Translations under genes and position numbers: made by a program
The notes under the pieces: generated by a model
Databases searched by the model: none
What the model was told of the DNA's origin: nothing
Seen by the model: the letters and a program-made list of their open reading frames with translations, nothing else
Source: a bacterium
GTDB lineage: Bacteria > UBA8248
Direction of reading: 5' to 3'
Assembly: GCA_965219955.1 (NCBI GenBank)
Contig: OZ244799.1
Span: 2,272,001-2,336,000 of the forward strand
Length of the DNA: 64,000 nt
Shown here: in pieces, positions 28,837-41,793 of the stretch
How the letters are laid out: each line of letters starts with the position of its first letter
How positions within the stretch are numbered: the stretch's first letter is position 1

Positions 28837-29666
28837 ACCGGATACCATCCCTCGATAGGTGGCATCACGACCAGTTCGCTGTTCAGCTCGACAACTCCAG
28901 TATATCCTCTGGCAATTGATTCAGCCAATTCTTTTTCTTCATCGCTATTGACACGCCCATGCAAGAATAGCTGCCCTGGTTCGAGACACTCTACGACAAT
29001 GCCACTCGCATCGATTCGCTCATCCGTCATGATCATCGCTTTGATTTTCTGCGCAAAAGCCAGATTCTGGAGCTTTTGAGATTCTGATGGCTCAGATTGT
29101 GAAAATTTTCCGCTTTGCAATATGTTCACCAGTAAACTTACAGACATGTCTTCATTGAACAACCCGGTATTCAATGTGATATCAAAGTGACTCGGTTCTC
29201 CCCATCGGACATCAAAGAAATGCCGCGTATACGCCATTCTTTCATCATCGTTATGGCGTATGAACTGCTCCGCCATTGATGGCGTAATCCCCTCGTTCTT
29301 CACCAGTGTTCGTTGGCGATAATCCCGGGGCGCCACGATGCGCGCCCGAAATATTCCCTCGATTCCCTCCAGGAGTATATGAGAGCCACGGCCCAATATG
29401 ACGAAATTATTTTTCAAAGCCGATTCATATACGATGGCGCGCATGATATCGAGATATACGAGTTGCCTGTCCCGGAAAAAACGATCTATCAAACCGGGCT
29501 TCCTCTCATCCACCTGCTCGAGTTCGTCTCGAACATAACCATACGATTGTGCGGCATCCGCAAATCCATCATTATCCAAAAGGGTCCATCCCAATTCTGC
29601 AGCAACTTTCTTCCCAATAGCATCACCACCGCTACCAAGCTCTCTTGAGATTGTCAGAATACCCAT
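28833..29666 (-). CDS. Cytidylate kinase-like protein fused to a BON domain
   Basis: TISRELGSGG, VILGRG, D-x2-R; C-terminal LHGRV...A..IA...GV. Confidence 0.85.
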   Translation of the reverse strand: MGILTISRELGSGGDAIGKKVAAELGWTLLDNDGFADAAQSYGYVRDELEQVDERKPGLIDRFFRDRQLVYLDIMRAIVYESALKNNFVILGRGSHILLEGIEGIFRARIVAPRDYRQRTLVKNEGITPSMAEQFIRHNDDERMAYTRHFFDVRWGEPSHFDITLNTGLFNEDMSVSLLVNILQSGKFSQSEPSESQKLQNLAFAQKIKAMIMTDERIDASGIVVECLEPGQLFLHGRVNSDEEKELAESIARGYTGVVELNSELVVMPPIEGWYPV

Positions 29667-29853
29667 TGTTCAGTCCTCCAAACTAAGAGTGGCGACACTA
29701 ACGGGGCGGGATGAATCACGCTTCCCCTTCCCTTCCTGTCATTTACTTGCGCTCATGGCATACAACACTTTCATTCACGCCGAAGAAGTGCTCAATTGCT
29801 CAAAACCATCAAGGCATGGCAGATACAAACATCCATCCGAACGTTTCCGGCAA

Positions 29854-31596
29854 TCATTTGCGGCTCGCTCTCTTGAATTTTTCCAATTGTAGACGAAAAT
29901 AGCGATTTCCAGGCTCTAATTCAATCGCCCTTTGAATGAGCGGGAGCGCCTTCACCGATTCTCCGTTGCGATAATACAACTCCGCCAAGGTATCGAGATA
30001 CGCCGGCGTATCGGGCTGAATTTCCAGCGAGCGCTTTGAAAGTTTAATGCCGTGCTCCAAACTGTCTTTATCCCTCCTGTGAAACCATGCCAAACGATTC
30101 AATGCCGGTGCTGAATTCTTGTCGATTTCGAGCACCTGCATGAACATCTTCTTCGACTCTTTCGGTTGCTTGTTTTCCCAAAGAAAAACACCAAGTTCCA
30201 CCAAAACGCGGGACGAGCGGGGGTGCTTCTCCAACAAGTCCAGAAGTATTTTGTGAGCGATCTTTTTCCGTTTCCTCGACTTATGAAGATTTGCGATGCG
30301 AATTTTCATCTCGATGTCGTTCAAGTCCAGTCGGCCCGCCTTTTCATAGAGTGCGATCGCATCTTTGTCCCGGTTTTGAGATTCCAAAAGAGCGCCCAAG
30401 CGTATATAACCATCCAGCCAGTCGGGCGACAACGAAACGACTTTTTCATAAGCACGAATTGCTTCGTTCCTTCGGTTCATTTGAACCAGAGCGGCGCCCA
30501 GCCAGAAATGGAACCTCGCATTGTCCGGTGTTTTTTCGATGGCGCCTCTCAGCAGGTTGACAGCCCTCGCCGGATCCTTGCCGGATATGAAACGCTCCGC
30601 ATTAATTAAAACCTGGATCGGGTCCAATGTCTCTTTCGCAGGCGCGGCCAATTCAGGCTGAACCGCTCTGACACGCGATTCAACAATTTGGAGACGTCTT
30701 TTCAAGACGATGTCCTCGGGTTCACGCAGATAAGCTTCTCTGAACATTTCCACCGCTTTGGGAAACTGCCCGTTTTGAACATACAAATCGCCAAGTAAAA
30801 TCATGCCTTCTATATGCCCCGGAGTGCGTTGGAGCAAAGATTGTATTTCACGTATGGCCTCCCGGGAATGATTTTGCTGCGCCAGAATTTTCGCCAAGCG
30901 GTACCTGGCCACACTCTGGCGGCTCCCCTTTAATTTCAACGCTTTTCTCAGACTGGTTACGGCTTTATCGAACTCACCTTTACTTTCATAGCGAGCCGCC
31001 TCTGCCATATATCTTCTTTGTTGTTCTTCGAGCCTGAGTTTCGGGTTTTTCGGCTCGCCGGACTGCAGCCACTCACCAACCCTCGCTTCCCAAACGGCAT
31101 CGAGGCGCTTCCAGATAGTGCGAAAATAATCCGGAGATTCACGAGAAATCGCCGTGGAGGCAAAACCAGCAGCCAAAAACAGCACCAACACAGCTGCAAT
31201 CTGAAGGCGCCTTTTCGAAATCCACGGTTTAGTCGCAGGAGTCGGAACGGCGCCGGGCATCATCATTCTGCCCTCGAACTTTGCTTCCGGATCAATATGT
31301 ATTTTGGGGGCCTTCACATTGCCTTGGTGATAGCATCCGGCATTTAATTCAACGCGATTTTCCACACATATACAGCCTGTCGTATGGCCGTGATTCACCA
31401 GTTCTTTCGTGTGGATATCACCCTCGGCCCTTCCCGTCTCGGCAATCTCCAGGTGCCCATCACCACGGATCTCTCCTTTGAACTCGCCTTGCACGAGAAC
31501 ATTGCCCGCGAAATGCAGCGAGCCTTCCAAGCGCACATTCACACCTATGAAAGAGAGATTCGACCGAGGACCCGAATAGAGGCGTTGTTGTTGCAT
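29854..31596 (-). CDS. Bactofilin-domain plus TM plus TPR-repeat protein
   Basis: N-terminal polymer-forming beta-helix pattern (LEGSL, FKGEI, AEGDI, FEGR); one TM; many TPRs ending YLDTLAELYY. Confidence 0.8.
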   Translation of the reverse strand: MQQQRLYSGPRSNLSFIGVNVRLEGSLHFAGNVLVQGEFKGEIRGDGHLEIAETGRAEGDIHTKELVNHGHTTGCICVENRVELNAGCYHQGNVKAPKIHIDPEAKFEGRMMMPGAVPTPATKPWISKRRLQIAAVLVLFLAAGFASTAISRESPDYFRTIWKRLDAVWEARVGEWLQSGEPKNPKLRLEEQQRRYMAEAARYESKGEFDKAVTSLRKALKLKGSRQSVARYRLAKILAQQNHSREAIREIQSLLQRTPGHIEGMILLGDLYVQNGQFPKAVEMFREAYLREPEDIVLKRRLQIVESRVRAVQPELAAPAKETLDPIQVLINAERFISGKDPARAVNLLRGAIEKTPDNARFHFWLGAALVQMNRRNEAIRAYEKVVSLSPDWLDGYIRLGALLESQNRDKDAIALYEKAGRLDLNDIEMKIRIANLHKSRKRKKIAHKILLDLLEKHPRSSRVLVELGVFLWENKQPKESKKMFMQVLEIDKNSAPALNRLAWFHRRDKDSLEHGIKLSKRSLEIQPDTPAYLDTLAELYYRNGESVKALPLIQRAIELEPGNRYFRLQLEKFKRASRK

Positions 31597-31856
31597 GGAT
31601 CCTTCTCATGAAATTGTGAATGACAAATTTTCAATCACACAACAACGAAGCAATATATTACCAAAATGTCGAAAAGTTGCACCAACTGATTTTTGCCGAC
31701 AAACCCGGGGTCCGCCACCACAGGAAATCTGAAATATCCCGGCTTCATCGATCATTGGAAATGCCGTGGGCTGAGCCCGCCGCCGCAGGCGCGACATGGA
31801 GCGAAAAGAAGAGGAGTGAAACCGATGATGTAGTGATGAAAAGACTTCCCGAAAAA

Positions 31857-32687
31857 CTATTGTGCGCTGAGACGTCCAGAATCTATCGCCTGCAGGGAGA
31901 TGAGAAGAGGATGAAGCTCTTCGATGTCCATCATGTTGGGCCCATCGGATAATGCCTCATCCGGCATGGGGTGGCATTCAAGAAAAAAAGCATCGACACC
32001 CACGCCCGCCGCGGCGCGGGCGAGGTGAGGAACCATGCTTCTATCCCCTCCCGAGCAATCCCCGAGTCCGCCCGGCGACTGAACGCTGTGCGTCGCATCG
32101 AAAACGACGGGATATCCCGATTCGCGCATCTTCACGAGCGAACGCATGTCGGATACCAGATTATGGTAGCCGAAACTGGTCCCTCTTTCGGTAAGAAGTA
32201 TCTGCCGGCAACCCGCTTCCTCGAGCTTTGCTACGACGTTTTTCATGTCCTCGGGCGCCATGAACTGCCCTTTTTTCACGTTTACGGGCTTTCCCGTTCT
32301 CCCCGCGGCATCGAGGAGGTCCGTCTGGCGGCACAAGAAGGCGGGAATCTGAACCGCATCCAGCACCTGCGCCGCGCGTTTGGCCTCCTCGGGACTATGG
32401 ACGTCCGACATCACGGGAAGACCGGTTTCGCGTCTTACCATATCGAGTATGCGCAAGCCCTTATCGATGCCGGGGCCACGCGGAGACTTGCCCGAGCTGC
32501 GATTCGCCTTGTCATACGAGGCCTTGAATACACCTCCGATACCGCATTTTTCAGTCGCTTCCCTTACTTTTTCAGCACATTTTCTGGTCAATTCTTCGCT
32601 TTCGATCACACAAGGTCCTGCGATGACGCATATCGCCCCCTGCTCTCCGAAGGCCACATCACCGATTCTTACTATTTTTTCCGCCAT
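31857..32687 (-). CDS. kdsA: KDO 8-phosphate synthase
   Basis: IAGPCVIE, KASYDKANRSS, QIPAFLCRQTDL, KKGQF, DATHSVQ. Confidence 0.97.
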   Translation of the reverse strand: MAEKIVRIGDVAFGEQGAICVIAGPCVIESEELTRKCAEKVREATEKCGIGGVFKASYDKANRSSGKSPRGPGIDKGLRILDMVRRETGLPVMSDVHSPEEAKRAAQVLDAVQIPAFLCRQTDLLDAAGRTGKPVNVKKGQFMAPEDMKNVVAKLEEAGCRQILLTERGTSFGYHNLVSDMRSLVKMRESGYPVVFDATHSVQSPGGLGDCSGGDRSMVPHLARAAAGVGVDAFFLECHPMPDEALSDGPNMMDIEELHPLLISLQAIDSGRLSAQ

Positions 32688-32736
32688 TGTTATCTTTTCC
32701 AGATTTCATGCCGTATGAACGGCATGAGAGGACGCA

Positions 32737-35168
<2,432 letters not shown>

Positions 35169-35180
35169 CCATGACGCCGT

Positions 35181-36569
35181 CTAATACGCATTTTTGTTTA
35201 TCAGTCCCTTCCAGAGGGTGAGCCATAAGATCTTGATGTCAAAACCCAAGGACCAGTTCTCGATATAGTGTAAATCGAATTCGATTCTTTTTTCTATCGA
35301 CGTGTTTCCGCGCCATCCATTCACCTGCGCCCAGCCCGTTATTCCGGATTTCATCTTGTGACGCAGCATGTAATCGGGAACGGACGCGCGGAATTTCTCC
35401 ACGAAAACCGGACGCTCGGGCCTTGGACCCACGAGGCTCATTTCACCGCGCAACACGTTGAACAACTGCGGCAACTCATCGAGACTCGTCTTTCTGAGGA
35501 AAGCGCCGAAACGGGTGCGCCGCTCATCCTTGTCCATCGTCCAGACCGCGCCTGATTCCGCTTCCGCATCCACCTTCATGGAGCGAAACTTGTACATGCG
35601 AAACCGCACGCCGTCCAGGCCCATTCTCTCCTGGTGATACAAAACGGGACCCCGGCTCGTCCATTTCACGACGAGCGAGATAGCTATCATGAGCGGTCCA
35701 AGAACGAGCAACGCCAGGGCTCCCAGAGAATAATCCACCACCACCTTCATCCACCGATTCCAGCCCAGAAGAGGCGTTTGCGACAACAGGATCACAGGCA
35801 AACCATCGAGATCCTCAATCCCGGCGTTCAGCCGCATGTGATCGATAATATCGGGCACCAGGCGGACGTCAACGCTCGAGTCCGCCAGAGCGCTCAGCAA
35901 TTCCTCCTGCGCGGCGTACGAATTCGGGGGAAGCGCCACGTAGACTTCATGGATTCTCTCTCGCGCCACGACTTCGCGCACCTCGCCCAGTTTCCCGAGC
36001 ACGGGCGTGCCCTCTTCGCCATCTGCTTCGCAGAGGTGTCCCACAACCTGAAAACCAAGATTTCGATACGTCTCCAGATGAGCGGCGATTCTTCGGGCGA
36101 GAGGCGTTGTTCCCGCGATGAGAATGCGTCGCATATCCATGCCACGCCGTCTCAACCGCCGAATGATGGACCAAACCAAACGCCGAGCCGAGAAAAGAAA
36201 AACAGGCGCCAGACACATGAAAACAACGATCAATAAACGGCTGTAGCTTTGTCTGCGATAGAAAAACGTGAAGAAAGTGAACAACAGAATTGTCCAGGCC
36301 AACGTGCTCGTGAGGCGAATGACTTCTCGGGTGCTATTGAGTCCGGCCCGGTAATGATACAAACGCGACATACCAGATGCGATAAGCCAAATGAGCAGTA
36401 TCACGAAAAGTGAAACGAAATAAACACTGAAATCGGGATACCCGAAAGAAACGGGAATTATCTCCACGACGAAACGCAGCCAATACGCTGCGAACCAGGC
36501 TGAAATCAGCGCTATTGCATCACCACAAAAGAGAAATAACGCATTCAATTGGCCGTATTTGCGCAACAC
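35181..36569 (-). CDS. Undecaprenyl-phosphate glucose phosphotransferase (WcaJ-like)
   Basis: N-terminal TMs; KFRSM, SLDELPQL, SLVGPRPE, GITGWAQVNG. Confidence 0.93.
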   Translation of the reverse strand: MLRKYGQLNALFLFCGDAIALISAWFAAYWLRFVVEIIPVSFGYPDFSVYFVSLFVILLIWLIASGMSRLYHYRAGLNSTREVIRLTSTLAWTILLFTFFTFFYRRQSYSRLLIVVFMCLAPVFLFSARRLVWSIIRRLRRRGMDMRRILIAGTTPLARRIAAHLETYRNLGFQVVGHLCEADGEEGTPVLGKLGEVREVVARERIHEVYVALPPNSYAAQEELLSALADSSVDVRLVPDIIDHMRLNAGIEDLDGLPVILLSQTPLLGWNRWMKVVVDYSLGALALLVLGPLMIAISLVVKWTSRGPVLYHQERMGLDGVRFRMYKFRSMKVDAEAESGAVWTMDKDERRTRFGAFLRKTSLDELPQLFNVLRGEMSLVGPRPERPVFVEKFRASVPDYMLRHKMKSGITGWAQVNGWRGNTSIEKRIEFDLHYIENWSLGFDIKILWLTLWKGLINKNAY

Positions 36570-36652
36570 GACATGATGTTCCTTGTCGGGTCCGGCCTGA
36601 AATCCCTCGTGGAAGGCTCTTTCGGATAGCCTTCTTCTAGCGGTATTGCTCC

Positions 36653-37846
36653 TTATTTTTCATCCAGATTTTCAAGACGCTCGCGGTGATTCAGCCAACT
36701 TTGCCAAAATCGCTCCCTCGCCGCTTCCTTGAAATTCTCGCGAGCGAATCGCTCCGCCTGTCTGCGCGAGGCCTCAGGGGAGAACCGTTTTTCCATTTTC
36801 TCGAAAGCCACGACGGCATCTTCGATATGCGTCGGCTCAGAACGGGAGAAAAACATTCCCGTAGGCTCCGCTTCCCCATCCCCCGCACCATCCCAGGGGA
36901 TGAAGCCCTGCGGCGCTTCATATTCATCCGCATTCACGCTCACGACAGTCTCGAGTGCGCCGCCCGCGCCCAGGGCGATAACCGGCCGACCGCATGCCTG
37001 CGCCTCGAGCGGGGTGATGCCGAAGTCCTCCTCTCCCGGCAGGATGAAGGCGCGGCAACCGGCGTAAAGCTCGCGGATGGTTTCATCATCCTGATGGCCC
37101 AGGAACTCCACGTTCGGTTTTCCCAACGCCCGGACGCGCTCGAAATCCTGACCCTCTCCAACCACCTTGAGCGGACGGCCCAGCCGCCCGAACGCCTCGA
37201 CCGCCGCATCGACGCGCTTGTATGGCGCGAACGCCGTGACCATGAGGTAATAATCCGAGACGCGCTCGTTTCGGGAGCGGTAGAACCCGGTATCCACCGG
37301 CGGGTAGAGCACCTCCGCCTGCCTGCCGTAATAGCGGCGTATGCGGTCCGCCACCGTATGGCTGTTGGCGATAAAATCATGCACTCCCTTGTTGGCCTCG
37401 TTGTCCCACCTTCTCAGGTACTCGACGAGGCGGGGAAAGAACCATCTGGCCGCGCCACCCAAGCACGAGAGATAATCCTCATACCCGCTCCAGGCGTAGC
37501 GCATCGGCGTATGGCAATAGCTGAGATGATACGTCTCATAACTTCCCCTCGCTCCTTTAGCGACGCAATGCGAACTGGAGAGGATGAAATCGTACTCTCC
37601 GAGCGAGAACATCCGCACGGCCGTCGGCATGAGGGGCAGCATGTAGCGATAGCGGCGCCCGGCGCCGGGAATCCGCTGCAAGGGGCTGGCATGGATGCGA
37701 TGACGCTCGATGGTGTCCGATACCGAACCCGGAATGTGAAACAGCGTGAAGATATCCGCCTCCGGGTATATCTCGCAAAACACCTCGAGGCATTTCTCCC
37801 CGCCTCTCATGCCCGTGAGCCAGTCGTGCACGATCGCTACCCGCAT
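36653..37846 (-). CDS. GT4 glycosyltransferase
   Basis: VAIVHDWL, GGEK, CHTPMRY, EDFGITPLEAQACG. Confidence 0.92.
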   Translation of the reverse strand: MRVAIVHDWLTGMRGGEKCLEVFCEIYPEADIFTLFHIPGSVSDTIERHRIHASPLQRIPGAGRRYRYMLPLMPTAVRMFSLGEYDFILSSSHCVAKGARGSYETYHLSYCHTPMRYAWSGYEDYLSCLGGAARWFFPRLVEYLRRWDNEANKGVHDFIANSHTVADRIRRYYGRQAEVLYPPVDTGFYRSRNERVSDYYLMVTAFAPYKRVDAAVEAFGRLGRPLKVVGEGQDFERVRALGKPNVEFLGHQDDETIRELYAGCRAFILPGEEDFGITPLEAQACGRPVIALGAGGALETVVSVNADEYEAPQGFIPWDGAGDGEAEPTGMFFSRSEPTHIEDAVVAFEKMEKRFSPEASRRQAERFARENFKEAARERFWQSWLNHRERLENLDEK

Positions 37847-37862
37847 GTCTGCTCCTGAGGTC

Positions 37863-38993
37863 TCACCGTCTGGAGACGGATGGTGTAGCGGAAATCCGGC
37901 CGGGCGAACACGAAAGGGCGTCACGGTAGGCGCGCAGCGTTTCGGCGGCGAGTTTTTCCCAATGAAAAAAGCGCGCCCGCTCTTTCGACTTTTCAGCAAG
38001 GGCGTCTCTGAGCTCCGGCTCCCTCAAGATGCGCAGCATGGCGTTTCGCAAGGCATCCTTATCTCCCCGGGGAACGATGAGGCCGGCATCGCCGACCACC
38101 TCGGGCAGGGCCGCCGCGTCCGAAACAATCGGCGGCACACCGCACGCCATGGCCTCCAGGGGAGGATAGCCGAAACCCTCGTAATGGGAGGGGAATACCA
38201 GCGCCCGCGCGGGCCGATAGATGCCGGGGAGCGCTTCCTGAGGCATCTGCCCCAGAAACACCACCTCCTCACCCAGCTTCAAAAAGCGCAAAACGCCATC
38301 AAGACTCTCCCGCTCACCCGTCATGACGAGGCGAACTCCATTCGCCTCCTTCCTCAAATCCGCAAAGGCATCGAGCAAAAGCTGAATGTTCTTGTGGCGT
38401 TTGTGGTTTCCCACGTACAGGAAATAAGGCGCATCGCCGATCTTTTCCAGAGCTTCGGGCCTGGGCGCGCGCCCCTCCTCCCAGCCGGGCGGCAGGGCGT
38501 TGTGCGTGACGCGTATCTTTTCCTCCGCGACGCCCACGTGCTCCACGATATCTTTTTTCGTGTGTTCGGAAACGGCGAGAACAACACGCGCCCGACGCGC
38601 CGTTCTCGCAATCATCCATTTGGAGACGCGCCAATGCAGTGGCGAGGGACAAAGCGCCGGAAATAACTGATGGATCAAATCATGAACAGTCGCCACCATG
38701 GGCGTCTTGCCGAAAAAAGGCGTGAAATAATGCGGATGGTGGATCAGGTCCAGGCGCGCGCGCCCCAAGAGCCGGGGCAGCCTCACCTGCTCGGTGAGCG
38801 AATACGGAGGCGCCGCACAAACCACTCGACTGAAGTTACTACCCAGACCTGTGCAGTAATCCATATCCTTTTCATGCAGGAACACGACGTATTCCACATC
38901 GTCATCGCGCCTGTCCAGCCCGGCGAGCAAGCTTCTTAAATAGGTGCCGATGCCGCCCATCGATATCATCCGGGCGTCAACGCCTATACGCAT
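37863..38993 (-). CDS. GT4 glycosyltransferase
   Basis: GIGTY, TVHDL, HKN, EGFGYPPLEAMACG. Confidence 0.92.
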   Translation of the reverse strand: MRIGVDARMISMGGIGTYLRSLLAGLDRRDDDVEYVVFLHEKDMDYCTGLGSNFSRVVCAAPPYSLTEQVRLPRLLGRARLDLIHHPHYFTPFFGKTPMVATVHDLIHQLFPALCPSPLHWRVSKWMIARTARRARVVLAVSEHTKKDIVEHVGVAEEKIRVTHNALPPGWEEGRAPRPEALEKIGDAPYFLYVGNHKRHKNIQLLLDAFADLRKEANGVRLVMTGERESLDGVLRFLKLGEEVVFLGQMPQEALPGIYRPARALVFPSHYEGFGYPPLEAMACGVPPIVSDAAALPEVVGDAGLIVPRGDKDALRNAMLRILREPELRDALAEKSKERARFFHWEKLAAETLRAYRDALSCSPGRISATPSVSRR

Positions 38994-40291
38994 CTCTTCA
39001 CCGCCTCGTAGACGCGCTCGAGTTCCTGGTTCTCTTTGTCCTTGTGAGTATCGCCTATGGATGAGGGACTTTTTCGCAACACCAACACATTCGGGCCACG
39101 CGGCCCCCATACGCTCGGCTCGGCCGGGCCCTGGAAGATGCAAATCACGGGAAGGCCGAGCGCCGCGGCGATATGGGTGGGACCCGAGTCGTTGCCGATG
39201 AACAAGCGGCAGGCCTTCATCACCCCCATGAGCGAACGGAGATGCTGAACCTTCTCGCACATGTCAATAATCGTGCCCCGGACGCGGACACCCTTCATGG
39301 ATTTGAGCGTCTCATCGACGACCTGCCGATCATCCGGCCCGCCCAGCAACAGGACCCGAGCGGGAAGAGTCGAGACGACCCGGCTGATCAACTCCCCATA
39401 GAGTTTCGGGCTCCATATCCTTTCCCTTCCTCCGGCGCCCGGGTGAATTCCGATGAATGAGCCTGAGGTGTCCTCCGTCAGGGAGGCGATGCACGCTCGC
39501 CCCTCGGCAAGCTCTTCTTCCGAAAGCGTCAGAGCGGGATTTTTCGTCTCGAACGGACCCAGCCCCGCATGTTCGAGCATATCCAGATTAAATTCCACCT
39601 GATGGCGTTTTGGGAATTCCTCGGCCTCCACGTCCAGCCCGAAGCCGAACCCCCTGATTCCGCGCCCCACCAGATAGCGCACTCCCGCAAGCCTGGCTGC
39701 GATAATCGATTGAAAATCGCCCGCAAAATCCACCGCCAGATCGTAGGATCCGCCGATTTCCTCGGCTCTCAACCTAAGCAACCGCCTCAGGCGATTCATC
39801 GAGAGAAAACCGAATTTCTTCCTCTTCGACCTGTCGCGCCAGGACGCGTTGAATACGAGGAAATCCACTCCGCCCAATTCTTCGTCCATATTCCAGAACA
39901 AGGAGCGGGCAGATGAGCGAATGAGGAGGTCGATTTGCGCCTCCGGCAGGCTCGCGCGAAGGGCATGGATGGCGGGCAGCGTGCAGACGACGTCGCCGAT
40001 ATGGTCGGGGCGCATCAAGAGAACGCGGCGAATGGCCTGGGGCTGTTCCCTCGTCTTGCGAAAAAAGGTCTCCCCCAGCAGGTCGACCGCGCGAAACGCC
40101 CATCGCGCCGGAAATCTCTTATAGTGATAGCCGCGCTCGAATACGGAAAGTTTGCGGCCCCGCTCCGGCCCGAGCGCCTCTCTCAACGAGGGCGTAGCGG
40201 ATTTGGGAGGCACACGCAGGCGAGCCTCATCGAAAAAACTCGCCGCATCATCGGGTGATTCGCGCATTCCTACTTTTTCCCACCTGTTCAT
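38984..40291 (-). CDS. GT9 (heptosyltransferase-like) glycosyltransferase
   Basis: HIGDVV, IHPGA, IGNDSGPTHIAAA. Confidence 0.9.
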   Translation of the reverse strand: MNRWEKVGMRESPDDAASFFDEARLRVPPKSATPSLREALGPERGRKLSVFERGYHYKRFPARWAFRAVDLLGETFFRKTREQPQAIRRVLLMRPDHIGDVVCTLPAIHALRASLPEAQIDLLIRSSARSLFWNMDEELGGVDFLVFNASWRDRSKRKKFGFLSMNRLRRLLRLRAEEIGGSYDLAVDFAGDFQSIIAARLAGVRYLVGRGIRGFGFGLDVEAEEFPKRHQVEFNLDMLEHAGLGPFETKNPALTLSEEELAEGRACIASLTEDTSGSFIGIHPGAGGRERIWSPKLYGELISRVVSTLPARVLLLGGPDDRQVVDETLKSMKGVRVRGTIIDMCEKVQHLRSLMGVMKACRLFIGNDSGPTHIAAALGLPVICIFQGPAEPSVWGPRGPNVLVLRKSPSSIGDTHKDKENQELERVYEAVKRCV

Positions 40292-40425
40292 GTTGCGCTC
40301 TCAAAATGTTCGACTTCGCAGCTAATACAGAATATAGCGCGCTTCGCCCTTTGGCGGAAATTCCCCTCTCCAATTACAGGAAATATACAACGCCATCCGC
40401 TCCACCACGTCCATGCGCTATCCGC

Positions 40426-41541
40426 TCAAGACCGCAAGATATCCTCATAAAGACGATGCGCCTTATCCGCCAGCACATCCCAGGTGAATTCCTCTAACAC
40501 TCTTTTGCGGCCCGCATCCGCCAGCCGCTTGCACTCACCGGGTTCGTTTTTCAGCTTCTGGAGGATATTTCGGAGAGTCTCCACGCTATCTTCCGGGAAT
40601 ACGAATCCCTCCGTTCCAATGACGTGCGTGATTTCACCCGTGGCCGCTCCAACGGGAACCACGCCGCAGGCCAGCGCCTCGATCAGCACCCGGCCGAACT
40701 GCTCCCTCCAGTGCGCGGTCGTTCTTGACGGCAGCGCCAGCGCATGCCAGCCACGCAAACAGCCGGGCACGTCGGCGTTATCGACCCGGCCCAGGAATTC
40801 CACCCGTTCCCCGATCCCGAGGGACCGCGCCTGCCGCTCGAGCGTTGCGCGCTCGGCTCCATCCCCCACGATCTGCGCTCTCCACTCCCCCGAAAGGCCG
40901 GCAAGCGCTCTCAGGAGAACGTCTACTCCTTTCGAATAAACGAGCCTCCCGAGGTACCCGACGCAGAAAACATCGCCGCGCTCACCCGGTCTTGGGGGAC
41001 GGAAAAGCTGGGGGTCCAGCCCGAACTGGGGCAGCGTTCGCACTTTTTCGGGGGGCGCGCCGAGACGCAACAGCCTCTCCCGGGCGGTACGGGCAAAGAC
41101 CAAAAGCGCATCCGCGCGGCGAAAAGCTTGTTTTTCGATAACGCGGGAACGCCAGGGGAGAGCGATATCGAAATTCTCCGAGTTGTTGACCATGAGCTTC
41201 GGTCGCGTCTTCAACACGGACAAGTAAAGCATCACCTGCGCCGCGACGAAGCTGTAGGATTCCTCCTCCATGTGGACGATATCGGGCCGCGCTTCCTTCA
41301 GCGCCTTCCATAGTCCACTGCCGTAGACGTGTCCGCCCACCCTGCCGTTGAAAACGAGAAAGCCGGTGAAAATCCGGTAGCCGTCCTCTATGCCCTCACG
41401 GCAGGTGAGCAACCGCGCGCCTTCTTTCCACGCCGCAGGCGCGAGCAGAGAAACTTCCAGGCCGGGCCGCCGGGCGAGCGCGGCGAGTTTCTCCCGATAA
41501 ACCGGCGACGCGCAGAAACGGGAAATGACCAAAACGCGCAT
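40426..41541 (-). CDS. GT4 glycosyltransferase
   Basis: GRL-x2-SKG, EQFGRVLIEALACG. Confidence 0.9.
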   Translation of the reverse strand: MRVLVISRFCASPVYREKLAALARRPGLEVSLLAPAAWKEGARLLTCREGIEDGYRIFTGFLVFNGRVGGHVYGSGLWKALKEARPDIVHMEEESYSFVAAQVMLYLSVLKTRPKLMVNNSENFDIALPWRSRVIEKQAFRRADALLVFARTARERLLRLGAPPEKVRTLPQFGLDPQLFRPPRPGERGDVFCVGYLGRLVYSKGVDVLLRALAGLSGEWRAQIVGDGAERATLERQARSLGIGERVEFLGRVDNADVPGCLRGWHALALPSRTTAHWREQFGRVLIEALACGVVPVGAATGEITHVIGTEGFVFPEDSVETLRNILQKLKNEPGECKRLADAGRKRVLEEFTWDVLADKAHRLYEDILRS

Positions 41542-41793
41542 GATGACCCACTCGTGTCTATAGCGCATGCCTCGCGTCATGCCCGTTTTCCAACTGCTAT
41601 ATTTCGGAAACCCTGGAATTTCCGTTCGCTCTCATTCCAGAAAACTGGTGGGTCCTGTGAGCGCAGATATTCCAGTAAAGCGGCCTCTCAGGAAAAGCGC
41701 AAGACGCATGCGGCATCTTTCAGGCAGTCAAGACTCCCACCCACGATGGTTGAAGCGTTCCATAGGCCGAGCCCGCCTTTCCATCTATCCTCG

